DNA of 64,000 nucleotides from contig NC_069002.1 in assembly GCF_001194135.2 (NCBI RefSeq), positions 25,650,986 to 25,714,985 on the forward strand, given 5' to 3'. The notes under the pieces are model-generated. The model saw nothing but the letters and a program-made list of their open reading frames with translations. It was not told the DNA's origin and ran no database searches. Made by a program: the position numbers and the translations under genes. Below are positions 38,901 through 51,617 of this stretch, one piece after another (position 1 is the stretch's first letter; each line of letters opens with the position of its first letter). Source of the DNA: Octopus bimaculoides (lineage: Eukaryota).

Positions 38901-39494
38901 TGTACATGTGTGTTTGTGCCTGTGTGTATGTGTGTACAGGGGCATGTATGTGTGTGTGCACGTGTATGTATGTGTGTATGTACGTTTTTGTGTGCATGTG
39001 TGTATGTGTGCGTGTTTGTGTGTGTGTATGTGCATGCATATATGTGTGTGTATGTGTGTCTGTGCATGCATGTGTATGTGTGTGAATCCGTGTACGAGTG
39101 TGTGTGCTTGCATATATATGTGTGTGTATGTGTGTCTGTGCATGCATGTGTATGTGTGTGAATCCGTGTACGTGTGTGTGTGTTTGCATATATGTGTGTA
39201 TGTGTGTGTATGTGCATGCATGTGTGTGTGCATCTGTGTGTATGTGTGCATCTGTGTGTTTGTGTGTGTGTGCATGTGTGTATGTGTGTATGTGCGTTCG
39301 CCCATGTCATTGAATTGACATCAAATGATGCTTGTAAACAAGTGTCACCCTCAAACAAACATTGTCACTCATTTCCTTCTTCCAGTTGCCCTTTCACACC
39401 ACAAAGTTCATCGCCCTTAACTGCAGAAAACAGTTTTATGTCCCAATCTATCTTTTGTTGGGGAATGTCATGTTGGAAACTATTTCATGTTGAG

Positions 39495-39672
39495 TTCTAT
39501 ATTTAAGAGATGAGGAACTATGTACATTATTTACACTATTTACATTTGACGGATATTTGTCCTCATCTTGTTTGTTGTTAACACAACGTTTCGGCTGATA
39601 TACCCTCCAACCTTCATCAGGTGTCTTGGGGATATTTTGAACCTGGGTTCTCATTCCTAAGGTATTTTTCAA

Positions 39673-39722
<50 letters not shown>

Positions 39723-39933
39723 TCACTGCCTGGAATCGAACTTAAAATCCTGAGGTTAGTAGCCCACGCTCTTAACCACNNNNNNNNNNNNNNNNNNNNN
39801 NNNNNNNNNNNNNNNNNNNNNNNNNNNNNNNNNNNNNNNNNNNNNNNNNNNNNNNNNNNNNNNNNNNNNNNNNNNNNNNNNNNNNNNNNNNNNNNNNNNN
39901 NNNNNNNNNNNNNNNNNNNNNGGCAGTGACCTG

Positions 39934-39967
<34 letters not shown>

Positions 39968-40112
39968 TCGAAAAATACCTTAGGAATGAGAACCCAGGTT
40001 CAAAATTTCCCCAAGACACCTGAAAAAGGCTGGAGGGTATATCAACCAAAACATGTTAACAACAAACAAGATGAGGACAAATATCCGTCAAATGTAAATA
40101 ATGTAAATAATG
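39495..40112. mobile_element. Head-to-head inverted pair of a tRNA-headed, hammerhead-bearing retroposon within one TSD
   Basis: 14-bp direct repeat TATTTCATGTTGAG at 39481-39494 and 40113-40126; arms 39495-39779 (-) and about 39922-40112 (+) are homologous; the centre is an N gap. Confidence 0.8.
39580..39625 (-). ncRNA. Minimal type I hammerhead ribozyme
   Basis: - strand: GACAC-CUGAUGA-A-GGUUG(gagggtatat)CAGCC-GAAAC-GUU-GUGUU; stems I and II pair, core complete, stem III is a loopless palindrome (ACGU) as in Penelope-type minimal hammerheads. Confidence 0.8.
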
Positions 40113-40559
40113 TATTTCATGTTGAGACATGTCAAGCTTATTATGGCAACATGACTGGCAGAAAATACCAATTCTACTTTTTGGTCAATATTTAACATTA
40201 ATTTCACTGTGGAAGGGTTAAAACGGTTTGTGACCCTGGGGAAATGTTACACTGATTTCAAATCTGTCTTGAGTTTATATTGTATTTTAATATTTAATTA
40301 TTTTGTTTTTTGTATTCTAGAATGTCTGATTTTCGAAATATCACAGTTTTGTGTTTGGTAAGTTTTATCAATACTTAATGTGTATCAAATAACATTTTAT
40401 ACAAAATTTCTTTATTGTTTTGACCAAAAAATATAACATCCAATTGATTTGTTCATACATAATTAATTTGAGTCTCAGTTTTGTATCAAAGATTCAATTA
40501 ATTATATTGTTTTATTGAAGAATATAAGTTTTGGAAAGAGTTTCTGAAAGGGATTTTTT

Positions 40560-41740
40560 TTCTTATGAATTTGGCTTTTGTGGTATAGCACCCTACAACA
40601 GTCAACCACGTCTTCACTACAAAATCCCTGGTGGTGTTATGTTTCAATTGTATGGAACCATTCTTGATGGAATCATTCTCCTTGGCCATTTCTTGCCATA
40701 CCAAGATTTTCACGAAAGAAATCAAGATGGCAAAGTAGGAAATATATTTTCAATATTCCACAAATTGTTTCTTCATAGGCTTCGAGAAGGTTTTCAACTG
40801 TGTTACCTTTGTATGCAGAGGATTTATTGCTATCCAGAAAGATTTTCATGGCTATTTAAAAGCCTTACCACACTTTTAGTTCCAACCATGTCAAAGGTTT
40901 GTTCAATTTTATATCATTTAAAACTTCCCCTAATTTGTGGTTCCACATGAATTCCATCCTCTAATTTTTTTTTTTTTGGACACACATATTGGAATCTTTT
41001 TAAGAAGATTCTAGAATCCTCTTGAAATGATTTTATAGTTTGCTTTAAAAAATTTTTCTTTTTATGAAACCAAGTTTAATAAGAGGAAGAGGTAAGAATT
41101 TTTTCGAGCCTTGTGCCTAGAGTAGAAAAGAATAAGAGGAAGCGGTAAGAATTATTTTCTTGAGATTAAACTAAAGACACATATTGGACACTGGACATTT
41201 CTGGGGCTTATGCCAACCTTAGTAGCCTGTCACATTTAATACAGCAATCTATTATAGCGTGACTGTCCCACAAACATAAGAAACAATATTGTTTTGTAAT
41301 TCCTGCTTGCATGCCCATTAGCAGATTAATAACTCTGAGATTTCCACAGAGATTCCATTGAGGAATACAGTAATGAATGGCATCAAGCAACATAGCTATG
41401 TTGCCTAAAATGTCTTTTTGGTGAACAAAATGAAGAGGAGGACAGAGGCAGTTTGTCTTTACATTCCTGTCTTATAGTAGAACTTCTTTCGAGCTTCTTC
41501 ATAATGAATCAGCTGCTACATGTGTCTGGGACGTGTTTGGGGAGAATTCTTCGATGTCTTCGTAGTAACAGAATGGACCGTCGACTGTTAATGGTGCAGC
41601 TGAACTAGGATTTCACTTTTAATAACAACTCCTGTGCATATATTTTCCAGATTTCAGACAAGAAACTCCGACTTTTCTTTACGTAATGATCAGCTTCTGA
41701 CAAAGTTAGTGAAACACTCTTCAATAAACAACTTTGTCTA
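40560..41740 (-). mobile_element. DNA transposase relic, probably Chapaev3-like (CMC)
   Basis: LLMGMQAGITKQYCFLCLWDS, DGIHVEPQIR, KIYFLLCHLDFFRENLG...QGE*FHQ. Transposase relic is secure; the family label is from memory. Confidence 0.65.
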
Positions 41741-41836
41741 TAGACACTTCCACCCTCATTGTCGTCGTCATCATCATCGTCACTGCCACCACCACCATCC
41801 ATCATCATCCATCATCATCCATCATCAATCATCATC

Positions 41837-41901
<65 letters not shown>

Positions 41902-42936
41902 ACGAATGCCTGTTTTCCCAAAGTTCAGTCCTTCCACTAATGGCACCTCCATCACTGCATGTTTCAACATCCATGGAAGCTAGTCTACCATTTGGAAGAA
42001 CTGGAATGGCCATTGTTTCATTATGTCGGATTGGTCTGAATTCTTGGAGGGAACAGTTTGATAAACAGGGTTGTGTTTGTTCTCTGTGGCAACCACAGTT
42101 CTGTTAGCTCTACAANNNNNNNNNNNNNNNNNNNNNNNNNNNNNNNNNNNNNNNNNNNNNNNNNNNNNNNNNNNNNNNNNNNNNNNNNNNNNNNNNNNNN
42201 NNNNNNNNNNNNNNNNNNNNNNNNNNNNNNNNNNNNNNNNNNNNNNNNNNNNNNNNNNNNNNNNNNNNNNNNNNNNNNNNNNNNNNNNNNNNNNNNNNNN
42301 NNNNNNNNNNNNNNNNNNNNNNNNNNNNNNNNNNNNNNNNNNNNNNNNNNNNNNNNNNNNNNNNNNNNNNNNNNNNNNNNNNNNNNNNNNNNNNNNNNNN
42401 NNNNNNNNNNNNNNNNNNNNNNNNNNNNNNNNNNNNNNNNNNNNNNNNNNNNNNNNNNNNNNNNNNNNNNNNNNNNNNNNNNNNNNNNNNNNNNNNNNNN
42501 NNNNNNNNNNNNNNNNNNNNNNNNNNNNNNNNNNNNNNNNNNNNNNNNNNNNNNNNNNNNNNNNNNNNNNNNNNNNNNNNNNNNNNNNNNNNNNNNNNNN
42601 NNNNNNNNNNNNNNNNNNNNNNNNNNNNNNNNNNNNNNNNNNNNNNNNNNNNNNNNNNNNNNNNNNNNNNNNNNNNNNNNNNNNNNNNNNNNNNNNNNNN
42701 NNNNNNNNNNNNNNNNNNNNNNNNNNNNNNNNNNNNNNNNNNNNNNNNNNNNNNNNNNNNNNNNNNNNNNNNNNNNNNNNNNNNNNNNNNNNNNNNNNNN
42801 NNNNNNNNNNNNNNNNNNNNNNNNNNNNNNNNNNNNNNNNNNNNNNNNNNNNNNNNNNNNNNNNNNNNNNNNNNNNNNNNNNNNNNNNNNNNNNNNNNNN
42901 NNNNNNGCATGCTAACGATTCTGCCAGCTCGCTGCC

Positions 42937-43006
<70 letters not shown>

Positions 43007-43007
<1 letters not shown>

Positions 43008-43219
43008 CCTTTCTACAAGAAGCACAAGGCCTGAAATTTTTGGGGAGGAGTTAAGTCAATTACATTGACCCCAGTGTTTCACTGGTACTTAAATTATTGG
43101 TCCCGGAAAGGATGAAAGGCAAATCCAGCCGCAGCAGAATTTGAACCCAAAACGTAAAAATGGACAAACTACTAAGCATTTTGTTCGATGTGCTTTCGAT
43201 TCCACTCATTCACAGCCTT
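43007..43219 (-). mobile_element. SINE family A
   Basis: Reverse-complement body motifs, next to (AAT)n. Confidence 0.8.
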
Positions 43220-43617
43220 TGTGTTAATGATTGGTTTGTTCTCTCCAAAACACGATTCTAGCAAAAGGTATTGATCCAGTGAGACTGCAAAGAATCGTTG
43301 CAATAATTAAAGTTAATCTAAATATTAGCTTGGATCTCTTAACACATCATTAAACTTGATAACTTAGTTACAAAATTTTAAATATTAAAATTAGTTCCTC
43401 TGAAGTGTTCTTGTAATAACGACCAAAGATATAACCACAAAGGAGTGCAGTTGTTGTTGTTGCTGTTGTTGTTGTTTTTGTTGTGTTGTTGTTTAGCTCA
43501 AAAGTCAACCTGACAGAGCAGATCTACGACCCCAAAGCATTTCAGCTGTGACAGTCCTAGCTTTTTTGTGGGGTTATACAGGACTTTAGGCATCTAGGGT
43601 ACCTAGATTGACTTCTG

Positions 43618-43805
43618 TGTGAGGTAGCAAGCTGGCAAAAATGTTAGCACGCCGGGCGAAATGCTTAGTAATATTTCGTCTGTCTTTAGGTTCTGAGTTC
43701 AAATTCTGCCATGATTGACTTTGCCTTTCATCCTTTCGGGGTCGATAAATTAAGTATCAGCCCCTCACTCCCCCAAAATTTTATGTCTTGTACCTAGAGT
43801 AGAAC
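43618..43805 (+). mobile_element. SINE family A with TSD
   Basis: 13-bp TSD AGATTGACTTCTG at 43605-43617 and 43806-43818. Confidence 0.9.
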
Positions 43806-44434
43806 AGATTGACTTCTGAGTTCTTCTTTCTTAAGACAGTAGGGTGTTATCTGAGGAAGACATTGCTGCTATTTCTTGCAGGTCAAGCAACCATATTGAG
43901 CAGTCATGGACAAACTGCAGGACTTTCTCAATGTCAAATGCAGCAAAAAATGACCAGGAATTTTTTTTTTTTTATAGTGCAGTCATTCTTTTACATATTT
44001 CAGATATTGGGCACTGGCCATACTGGGGCACTGCCTTGAAGGGTAAAGCTGAATAAAGTGACCCCAGGATTTATTTTTTAATTTTTTAAACCTAGTACCT
44101 ATTCTATTTCTCTCCTTTACTGAACTGTGAAGTTATGGGGATGTAAACAAACCAACACTGTGGGGTGGGTGATGGTGGGGGAAAGCGCAACACACACAAT
44201 GCACATGCATGCACATGCATGCATATGCACATACACATCCACACACACATGCTCGCATGTACACACACACATGCACATGCACACACACACACACACAGAT
44301 ACCCACACACGGTTGCTTGTACACACACACACACACACACACAGCCTTCTTGCAAAAGCCAGCCCATGTCTGGTGTAGAGTGGTCCTTATTGTGTCGTAG
44401 GCTCCCTCATTGGCTTCTTGTTAACTCCTTTAAT

Positions 44435-44745
44435 GGCATGTGGTATAGTGATTAAAGAATTCAGCTCATGATCATAAAGCCGTGAGTTCAATCCCCAGCA
44501 GTGTATTGTGTCCTTGGGCAAGACACTTTATTTCCCATTGCACCAGTCCACTCAGCTGGCAGAAATGAATTGTACCTGTAATTCACAAGGGCCAGCCTTG
44601 TCACACTCTGTGTCACGCTGAATCTCCCCGAGAACTACATTAAGGGTACATATGTCTGTGAAGTGCTCAACCAATTTATATGTTAACTTCACAAGCTGGC
44701 TGTTCCATTAATTAAACCAACTGGAACACTTTTTCTCATAACTGA
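44435..44745 (+). mobile_element. tRNA-headed SINE, family C
   Basis: TGGTATAGTG A box, GAGTTCAATCC B box, GTGTCCTTGGGCAAGACACTT block. Confidence 0.8.
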
Positions 44746-45881
44746 CAGAAGGTCAGGCAGGCCATTAATGGCTAAAAATGGTATAATTCATGGTAAAGGT
44801 CTATGAACAACAAAGTTACCATTAGAAGACAATTATATTTTATCTGAACGCTTGTGGATATTTTCTTTGATTCCCATAACTTATATTCCTATTGAACCAA
44901 AATGTATTTTTGCACAATAGCATCAGATATTTCTATAATCGTGTATTTTTTTTTACTATTTTATTCTTTATGGGTTCCAGTCATGGGACACTGTTTTCAT
45001 ATAATGACAAAATATATCTCTAAATAGACAAGATAATTTCATATTCGATAATATTTTTCTCAAATATATTTCTATATTTTTATGAAATAAGATTTTTTCT
45101 CTGTAATGTCAAGATATTTTTTATGTAATAAACAATATATTTCTAGATAATAAACAAGATATATCTATAAATAAACAACATATTTTTTCGTATAATAAAA
45201 AAAAATATCTATATAACAATCAATATATTTCTCCATAATAAATTATAGACTTCTAAATAACAAGTATCACATTTTTTTATATAATAAACATGTTACTTGT
45301 ACAATAACATAAATATAATTCTAGAAATAAACAATATATTTATAAACAATAATAGAATATACTTTTTTATACAGTTACAATATGTTTCTGAATATTAAAT
45401 TTCTTATCTTTACATGTTTCAGTTGTTGAACTGTGGCCATGCTGGGGCACTACTCTGAAGGGTTTAGCTAAATAGATCCCGTTTTCTTTTTTCTTTTAAG
45501 CCTGCTTTTTATGTGGCACCAGCATCAGTGAGGTCATCGAGTATTTTGCAAGACAGGATGCCTCAGCTGTGATGGGGTGGAGATGAAGGTGGGGGTTAGT
45601 GGTATTGGGAAAAAAGGTGGCTGCTGTGTGATGGGTGAGAGGTTAGAGTACAAGTAAAGGGACAGAAATAGGGGTCTCGCAGCAGAGGGGGATACATGGA
45701 TACCTCAGTAGGAGAGAGAGAGGGAGAGAGGAGTGAGAGTGGAGGGAAAGGGGAGGGAGAGAGAAGGAGAGAGAGAGAAGGGCAGAGAGGGATGAGGTAG
45801 AGAGAGAGAGAGAAAGAGGAGAGAGAGGGAGAGGGAAAGAAAGAGAGAAAGAGAGGAGAGAGAGAAGAGAGNNNNNNNNNN

Positions 45882-46171
45882 TTGTAAGCCTAGTACTTAT
45901 TCTATCGGTCTCTTTTGCTGAACCGCTACGTCATGGGGGACGTAAACACACTAACATCAGTTGTCAAGCGATGGTGGAGGGACAAACACAAACACACACA
46001 CACACACACATATATATATGATGGGCTTCTTTCAGTTTCCACCTACCAAATCTACTCACAAGGCTTTGGTCGGCCTGAGGCTATAGTAGAAGACACTTGC
46101 CTAAGGTGTCACGCAGTGGGACTGAACGTGGAACCATGTAGTTGGAAAGCAAGCTACTTACCACACAGCCA
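45882..46171 (-). mobile_element. SINE family B (3' end in gap)
   Basis: Reverse complement matches 22906-23220. Confidence 0.88.
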
Positions 46172-47263
46172 TATGATGTATATTATGTATATTATGCTTA
46201 TATACATATATTATTATTACTATTATCAGTATTATTATTAATATTGTTGTTGTTGTTATTTTTATTATTATCGTTATTATTATNNNNNNNNNNNNNNNNN
46301 NNNNNNNNNNNNNNNNNNNNNNNNNNNNNNNNNNNNNNNNNNNNNNNNNNNNNNNNNNNNNNNNNNNNNNNNNNNNNNNNNNNNNNNNNNNNNNNNNNNN
46401 NNNNNNNNNNNNNNNNNNNNNNNNNNNNNNNNNNNNNNNNNNNNNNNNNNNNNNNNNNNNNNNNNNNNNNNNNNNNNNNNNNNNNNNNNNNNNNNNNNNN
46501 NNNNNNNNNNNNNNNNNNNNNNNNNNNNNNNNNNNNNNNNNNNNNNNNNNNNNNNNNNNNNNNNNNNNNNNNNNNNNNNNNNNNNNNNNNNNNNNNNNNN
46601 NNNNNNNNNNNNNNNNNNNNNNNNNNNNNNNNNNNNNNNNNNNNNNNNNNNNNNNNNNNNNNNNNNNNNNNNNNNNNNNNNNNNNNNNNNNNNNNNNNNN
46701 NNNNNNNNNNNNNNNNNNNNNNNNNNNNNNNNNNNNNNNNNNNNNNNNNNNNNNNNNNNNNNNNNNNNNNNNNNNNNNNNNNNNNNNNNNNNNNNNNNNN
46801 NNNNNNNNNNNNNNNNNNNNNNNNNNNNNNNNNNNNNNNNNNNNNNNNNNNNNNNNNNNNNNNNNNNNNNNNNNNNNNNNNNNNNNNNNNNNNNNNNNNN
46901 NNNNNNNNNNNNNNNNNNNNNNNNNNNNNNNNNNNNNNNNNNNNNNNNNNNNNNNNNNNNNNNNNNNNNNNNNNNNNNNNNNNNNNNNNNNNNNNNNNNN
47001 NNNNNNNNNNNNNNNNNNNNNNNNNNNNNNNNNNNNNNNNNNNNNNNNNNNNNNNNNNNNNNNNNNNNNNNNNNNNNNNNNNNNNNNNNNNNNNNNNNNN
47101 NNNNNNNNNNNNNNNNNNNNNNNNNNNNNNNNNNNNNNNNNNNNNNNNNNNNNNNNNNNNNNNNNNNNNNNNNNNNNNNNNNNNNNNNNNNNNNNNNNNN
47201 NNNNNNNNNNNNNNNNNNNNNNNNNNNNNNNNNNNNNNNNNNNNNNNNNNNNNNNNNNNNNNN

Positions 47264-47585
47264 ATATGATTTATTGTTTCTTGTCCATCGCCACATATTC
47301 TGCAGTTACTTGTTATGTTTCTTTTCATTATGTATTTTTGGTAATTTCTGGTGGGGAGGCTTTGGTCTTGTGCAGCAATTAAAAATCCTTCAGTCTCTGC
47401 TTTCAGTCCTGAGCTTCTCAACCATTGCTGAGATTTTGTTTTGTCTATTTCTTCTGCATTTAGTTTAGCCCAGTATTTGCCATGAAGAGGCTTTTCTTGC
47501 CATCGTTTTATCATGGTCCGTTGCTGTTCCAGTTTTAGTTTGGATTTCATTTGTTTTACAGTTTTTGTTATTTCTTCTTTTTTCT
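47264..47585 (-). mobile_element. R4/Dong-clade LINE fragment
   Basis: WQEKPLHGKYW...LKAETEGFLIAAQDQSL...CRICGDGQETINH (zinc knuckle); nearly identical to 33335-33430. Confidence 0.9.
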
Positions 47586-47607
47586 ATTTCTTTTTATCAT
47601 TATTATT

Positions 47608-47649
<42 letters not shown>

Positions 47650-47780
47650 ATTAGTATTATCATTATCATTATTATTATTATTACTATTACTGTTATTATT
47701 ATTGTTGTTGTTGTTGTTATTATTATTATCATTATTATGATTATTGTTATTATCATTATTATTAGTAGTAGTATTGTTAC

Positions 47781-47847
<67 letters not shown>

Positions 47848-47849
47848 GA

Positions 47850-48178
47850 GTGAGAGAGCATTGCATGCCATCAAAGTGACACTGGGGTACAAATATACGA
47901 ATCCCAGTCCACCCATCATGACTACCCGTCTGATAAGGGTACACCAGGCACATGCATCACAGTCATATGTGCGTGACATGGTGATCTCATATCAAGATAA
48001 ACAGTGCATGACCTTGCAGGTGGGTCCCAATTAGAATTTTCTTCAGGTCGAGTAGCCCATCCCGCTCAAAAGGTCCCTGAATAAGGTTTGTTTAAGGATG
48101 TTGAGCAAAACACCCATGTTTCCAAAGGTGAATTATTCAAACCCCAACGAATTCCTCAAAACACATGGCTATGATGCT
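47850..48178. repeat. Unclassified 330-bp interspersed element embedded in (ATT)n
   Basis: Complex, GC-richer block with (ATT)n directly at both ends; no ORF or TIR recognised. Confidence 0.5.
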
Positions 48179-48186
48179 CATTATTA

Positions 48187-48250
<64 letters not shown>

Positions 48251-48869
48251 CACTATTATTATTATATATACTGGACCTCTTGCTGCTCTTCAGTCACTAG
48301 CTAAGACATACACACAATTATAATTATCAATATAAAAATATGTTTTTGTGTTATTGTTTGGGAAGATTTGAGGACAAACTGTTTACAATTGCTTTAGGAC
48401 AAAATGGTAATTGAATAACGAAACTTCAAAATGTAATTCGAAATTTTATTTTATCAAATGTAAGTAGATTTAGATAACATAGCATGAATACAGAAATGTT
48501 TATCTTTTTTAAAAAGATCTTCTTAGAATTTCTGTAGTTTATGTTTATGCTCAAGGCAAAAAAAAAAAATGTTTCTTATAAAACACAGCAGCTCACCGTA
48601 CTAGATCTACTTAGTGGTACATCTTGATGAAATAATTAGTATAGCAGATAATGGTTGTTAAACTGAAGAATATTCTCTGTTTTGTCAATTCTAATAAAGC
48701 TAACATTAACTGAAAAGTGTTAAAAGTTTTTCAAATACTAAAATGAAATATTTTGAATGATTAAAGAATTTAAAAGTTTTAATTAAATACTGCAAATAAA
48801 TTGCAATTTGTTTTATTCCTAATTCCAGACCATCCAAAGAATTTATAGAGTTGTTCCTAGTTTTACTAG

Positions 48870-49483
48870 TTAACTCTTTTGTTACCATATTTCTATAGAA
48901 ATACACTGAGTTTCTTTTGATTAATTTTGAAAATAATGAACAATTTAATAAAATAATTGTTTTTATAAAGCTGAAGTTTAGGACATAGATTAACAAGAAA
49001 TTCTGAAGGAAGATTTTAAATTAGATCACTTTAATCCTTTTGTTACCATATTTCTATAGAAATACGTTGATTTTGTTTTAATTAATTTTGGAAATAATGA
49101 AGAATTTAATAAAAATAGTTCTATTATTATTAAGCTGAAGTTTGGAACATAAATTAGCAGTAAATTTTGAAGGAAGGTTCTAAATTAGATCACTTTGACC
49201 CCTTTGTTATCATATTTCAGTAGAAATACTTTGATTTTTAAAAAATTAATTTTGGAAATAATTAAGAATTTAATAAAATATAATCCTGCTATAATTAAGC
49301 TGAAGTTTGGAACATAAATTAGCATTAAATTTTGAAGGAAGATTTTAAATTAGATCACTTTAACTCTTTTTAATAGAAATTTTGATAGAAAGTTTTAATT
49401 TAGATGACTTTTAAACAGGAAGTTTATTGCATAGAACCAGGGGTAGGGTGGGGTATCAGACTAGTTGGTATGAAAAGGGTTAA
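48870..49483 (+). repeat. Third array of the TTAA-bounded MITE (three 5' modules, a partial module, one 3' module)
   Basis: Starts TTAACTCTTTTGTTACC, ends GGTATGAAAAGGGTTAA. Confidence 0.85.
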
Positions 49484-51348
49484 ACTGTACCCAATATAAT
49501 AATTGTACTAATGATTCTCACTTAGCATACTGTAGCACACTGGTGCTCTGTGAGGGAGTGTCTTAGGGCTCAGCAGAACTGTCTAAAAACATAACTTAAA
49601 ACTTTAGGAAATTCGTACTAATATTTCATTGTTTTGAAAAATGTGTTATTATAACTTTATTATAAACAAATAGGATTAATAAAACAAAGTAAACAACGTT
49701 TTTTATGTTTTTTTTCTACCTTTCAAACTTTTAAATAGAATATTTTCCTTTTTCAATTTTCAAGTGTAGGGTAGCAGTCAAAACCATAATGATATCTGTT
49801 TAGCAGCTGATGATGGGAATACATATATCTTATGCTTGATTGTGAATCTTTTAATGTCTTAATCTCATTATTCTGAGTTGTCCTTCATTCAAGTAAAGTG
49901 GAAAGTTTTTGTGGATTCATGATTTGTGGAGATTACGTGCATTAACATTGGTTGTTTTTTGTTTTTAGAGAATCTTATTAAAACCTGGATAATGCTTAGA
50001 TATTGTTGTCTACTTTTGGAGAGCTTCTGTGACATAATTGGTCTCTATATACAAGTACTACATATACACCCAACTATTTTATACACAACTATAGTATACA
50101 CACCTAACAGTCTGTTCCTACTTTCCAGTTTGTTAATTAAATAGTGTCCATTATTCTATAAACACTCAGCTGTCTGTTGGGTGGTTGTTTAAGAACCTAG
50201 CATTTTATACACACCTAGCTGTCCTTTCCTGTGACTCTGTCTTATAGATAGCCTGTACCCAGTATTTTTTAAACACCCAGCAGCCTGTTTTTGTCAGTTG
50301 TTTATACACTACCAAGTCTAATAGCTAGACTGTACCTAGCGATATATACATACCCAGCTGTCAGTTCCTACTGCCCAGCTAAATAAGTATGTATCATAAT
50401 ACAAGACATGTAGCGAGACACAAGAAATATTTTGAAGAGGACACAAAGTTAATTGGAGATTTTTTGTGGCAAATGTGTCTGGGTCATGGAATGAAATACA
50501 AATATGTTACAAAAACTTCCTTTATCAACCCCAGAAGAAACAAGAATAAAATTGATTTAGTTCAAAGAGAACTCAGATTTAGAGGAATGGAAGCAAATAC
50601 AATATACCATTGGTTCTAATATTTTGTCATTTCATCATTCTGTCAACTCAGCACCGTTCTAAAAGTTGGTTAATGTTGGCATAATGTAAAATATTCTCTT
50701 TTATTTATTTCAGAATAGCTTATTAACCTCACACATAACCCACAAATAATATATTCCCTGTTTTAAATCTGGACAAAATAACCTTTGCATGAGAGGGTCA
50801 GCTAAGTTTTGTTATTAACACTGCCGAGACAAAGAATTTCAGCACCTTTGATCTCTGATTGGTGAGAGATGAAGATTCCTTGTTAGAAATATGTTGTTAA
50901 ATTGTAAATCTGCTGCATTTTCTCCTCTTTTACTGACCATTCCTAATGCTAACAGACTTATCCATAATTGCCTTAACTATCTTCAAATCACAAGATTTAT
51001 AGATAACAATGGCACTGAACTTTTGATTATTGGATTAATTTCGATAATAACAATGGCAACAACAACAGCAACAGTAACAACCACAACAACAATAACTGTA
51101 TCAGACAGAATGACACAATTCTTCTTTGTTATATTTTGGTAATGGTTGAAGTAGAATGTGTATTTAAAGTGATCAGGGATAATTATTGAAACACCAGCAT
51201 GGCATTTTTCTCCTTCTCACTCATTAATCTGATTAGTCTGAGTGATATCTCAAACTTAGATTTTTCTGTTTTCTTTGAATTATTTCATTTACAATAACCA
51301 GCTTATTATTTAGCCCTATGTTGGCTCTGATAGTGCACACATGTGTGA

Positions 51349-51617
51349 GGTGGAGGCACATGGCTTGGTGGTTAGAGTGTTGGACTCATGTTCGTAAGAT
51401 TGTGGTTTTGATTCCGGGACCAGGTGACACATTGTGTTCTTGAGCAAAACACTCCATTTCACTTTGTTCCAATCCACTCAGCTGGCAAAAGCGAGTAATC
51501 CTGTGAGGGACTGGCGTCCCATCCAGGTGGGAGATTTATATGCCACGGAAACTGGGGTAACTGGCCCTTAAGAGTCAGCGTGACTCGAGAAGGTAATTCT
51601 ACCTTTACTTTTACTTT
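51349..51617 (+). mobile_element. tRNA-headed SINE (family C-related) with TSD
   Basis: TGGCTTGGTGG A box; 12-bp TSD ACACATGTGTGA at 51337-51348 and 51618-51629; (CTTTAC)-like tail. Confidence 0.85.
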
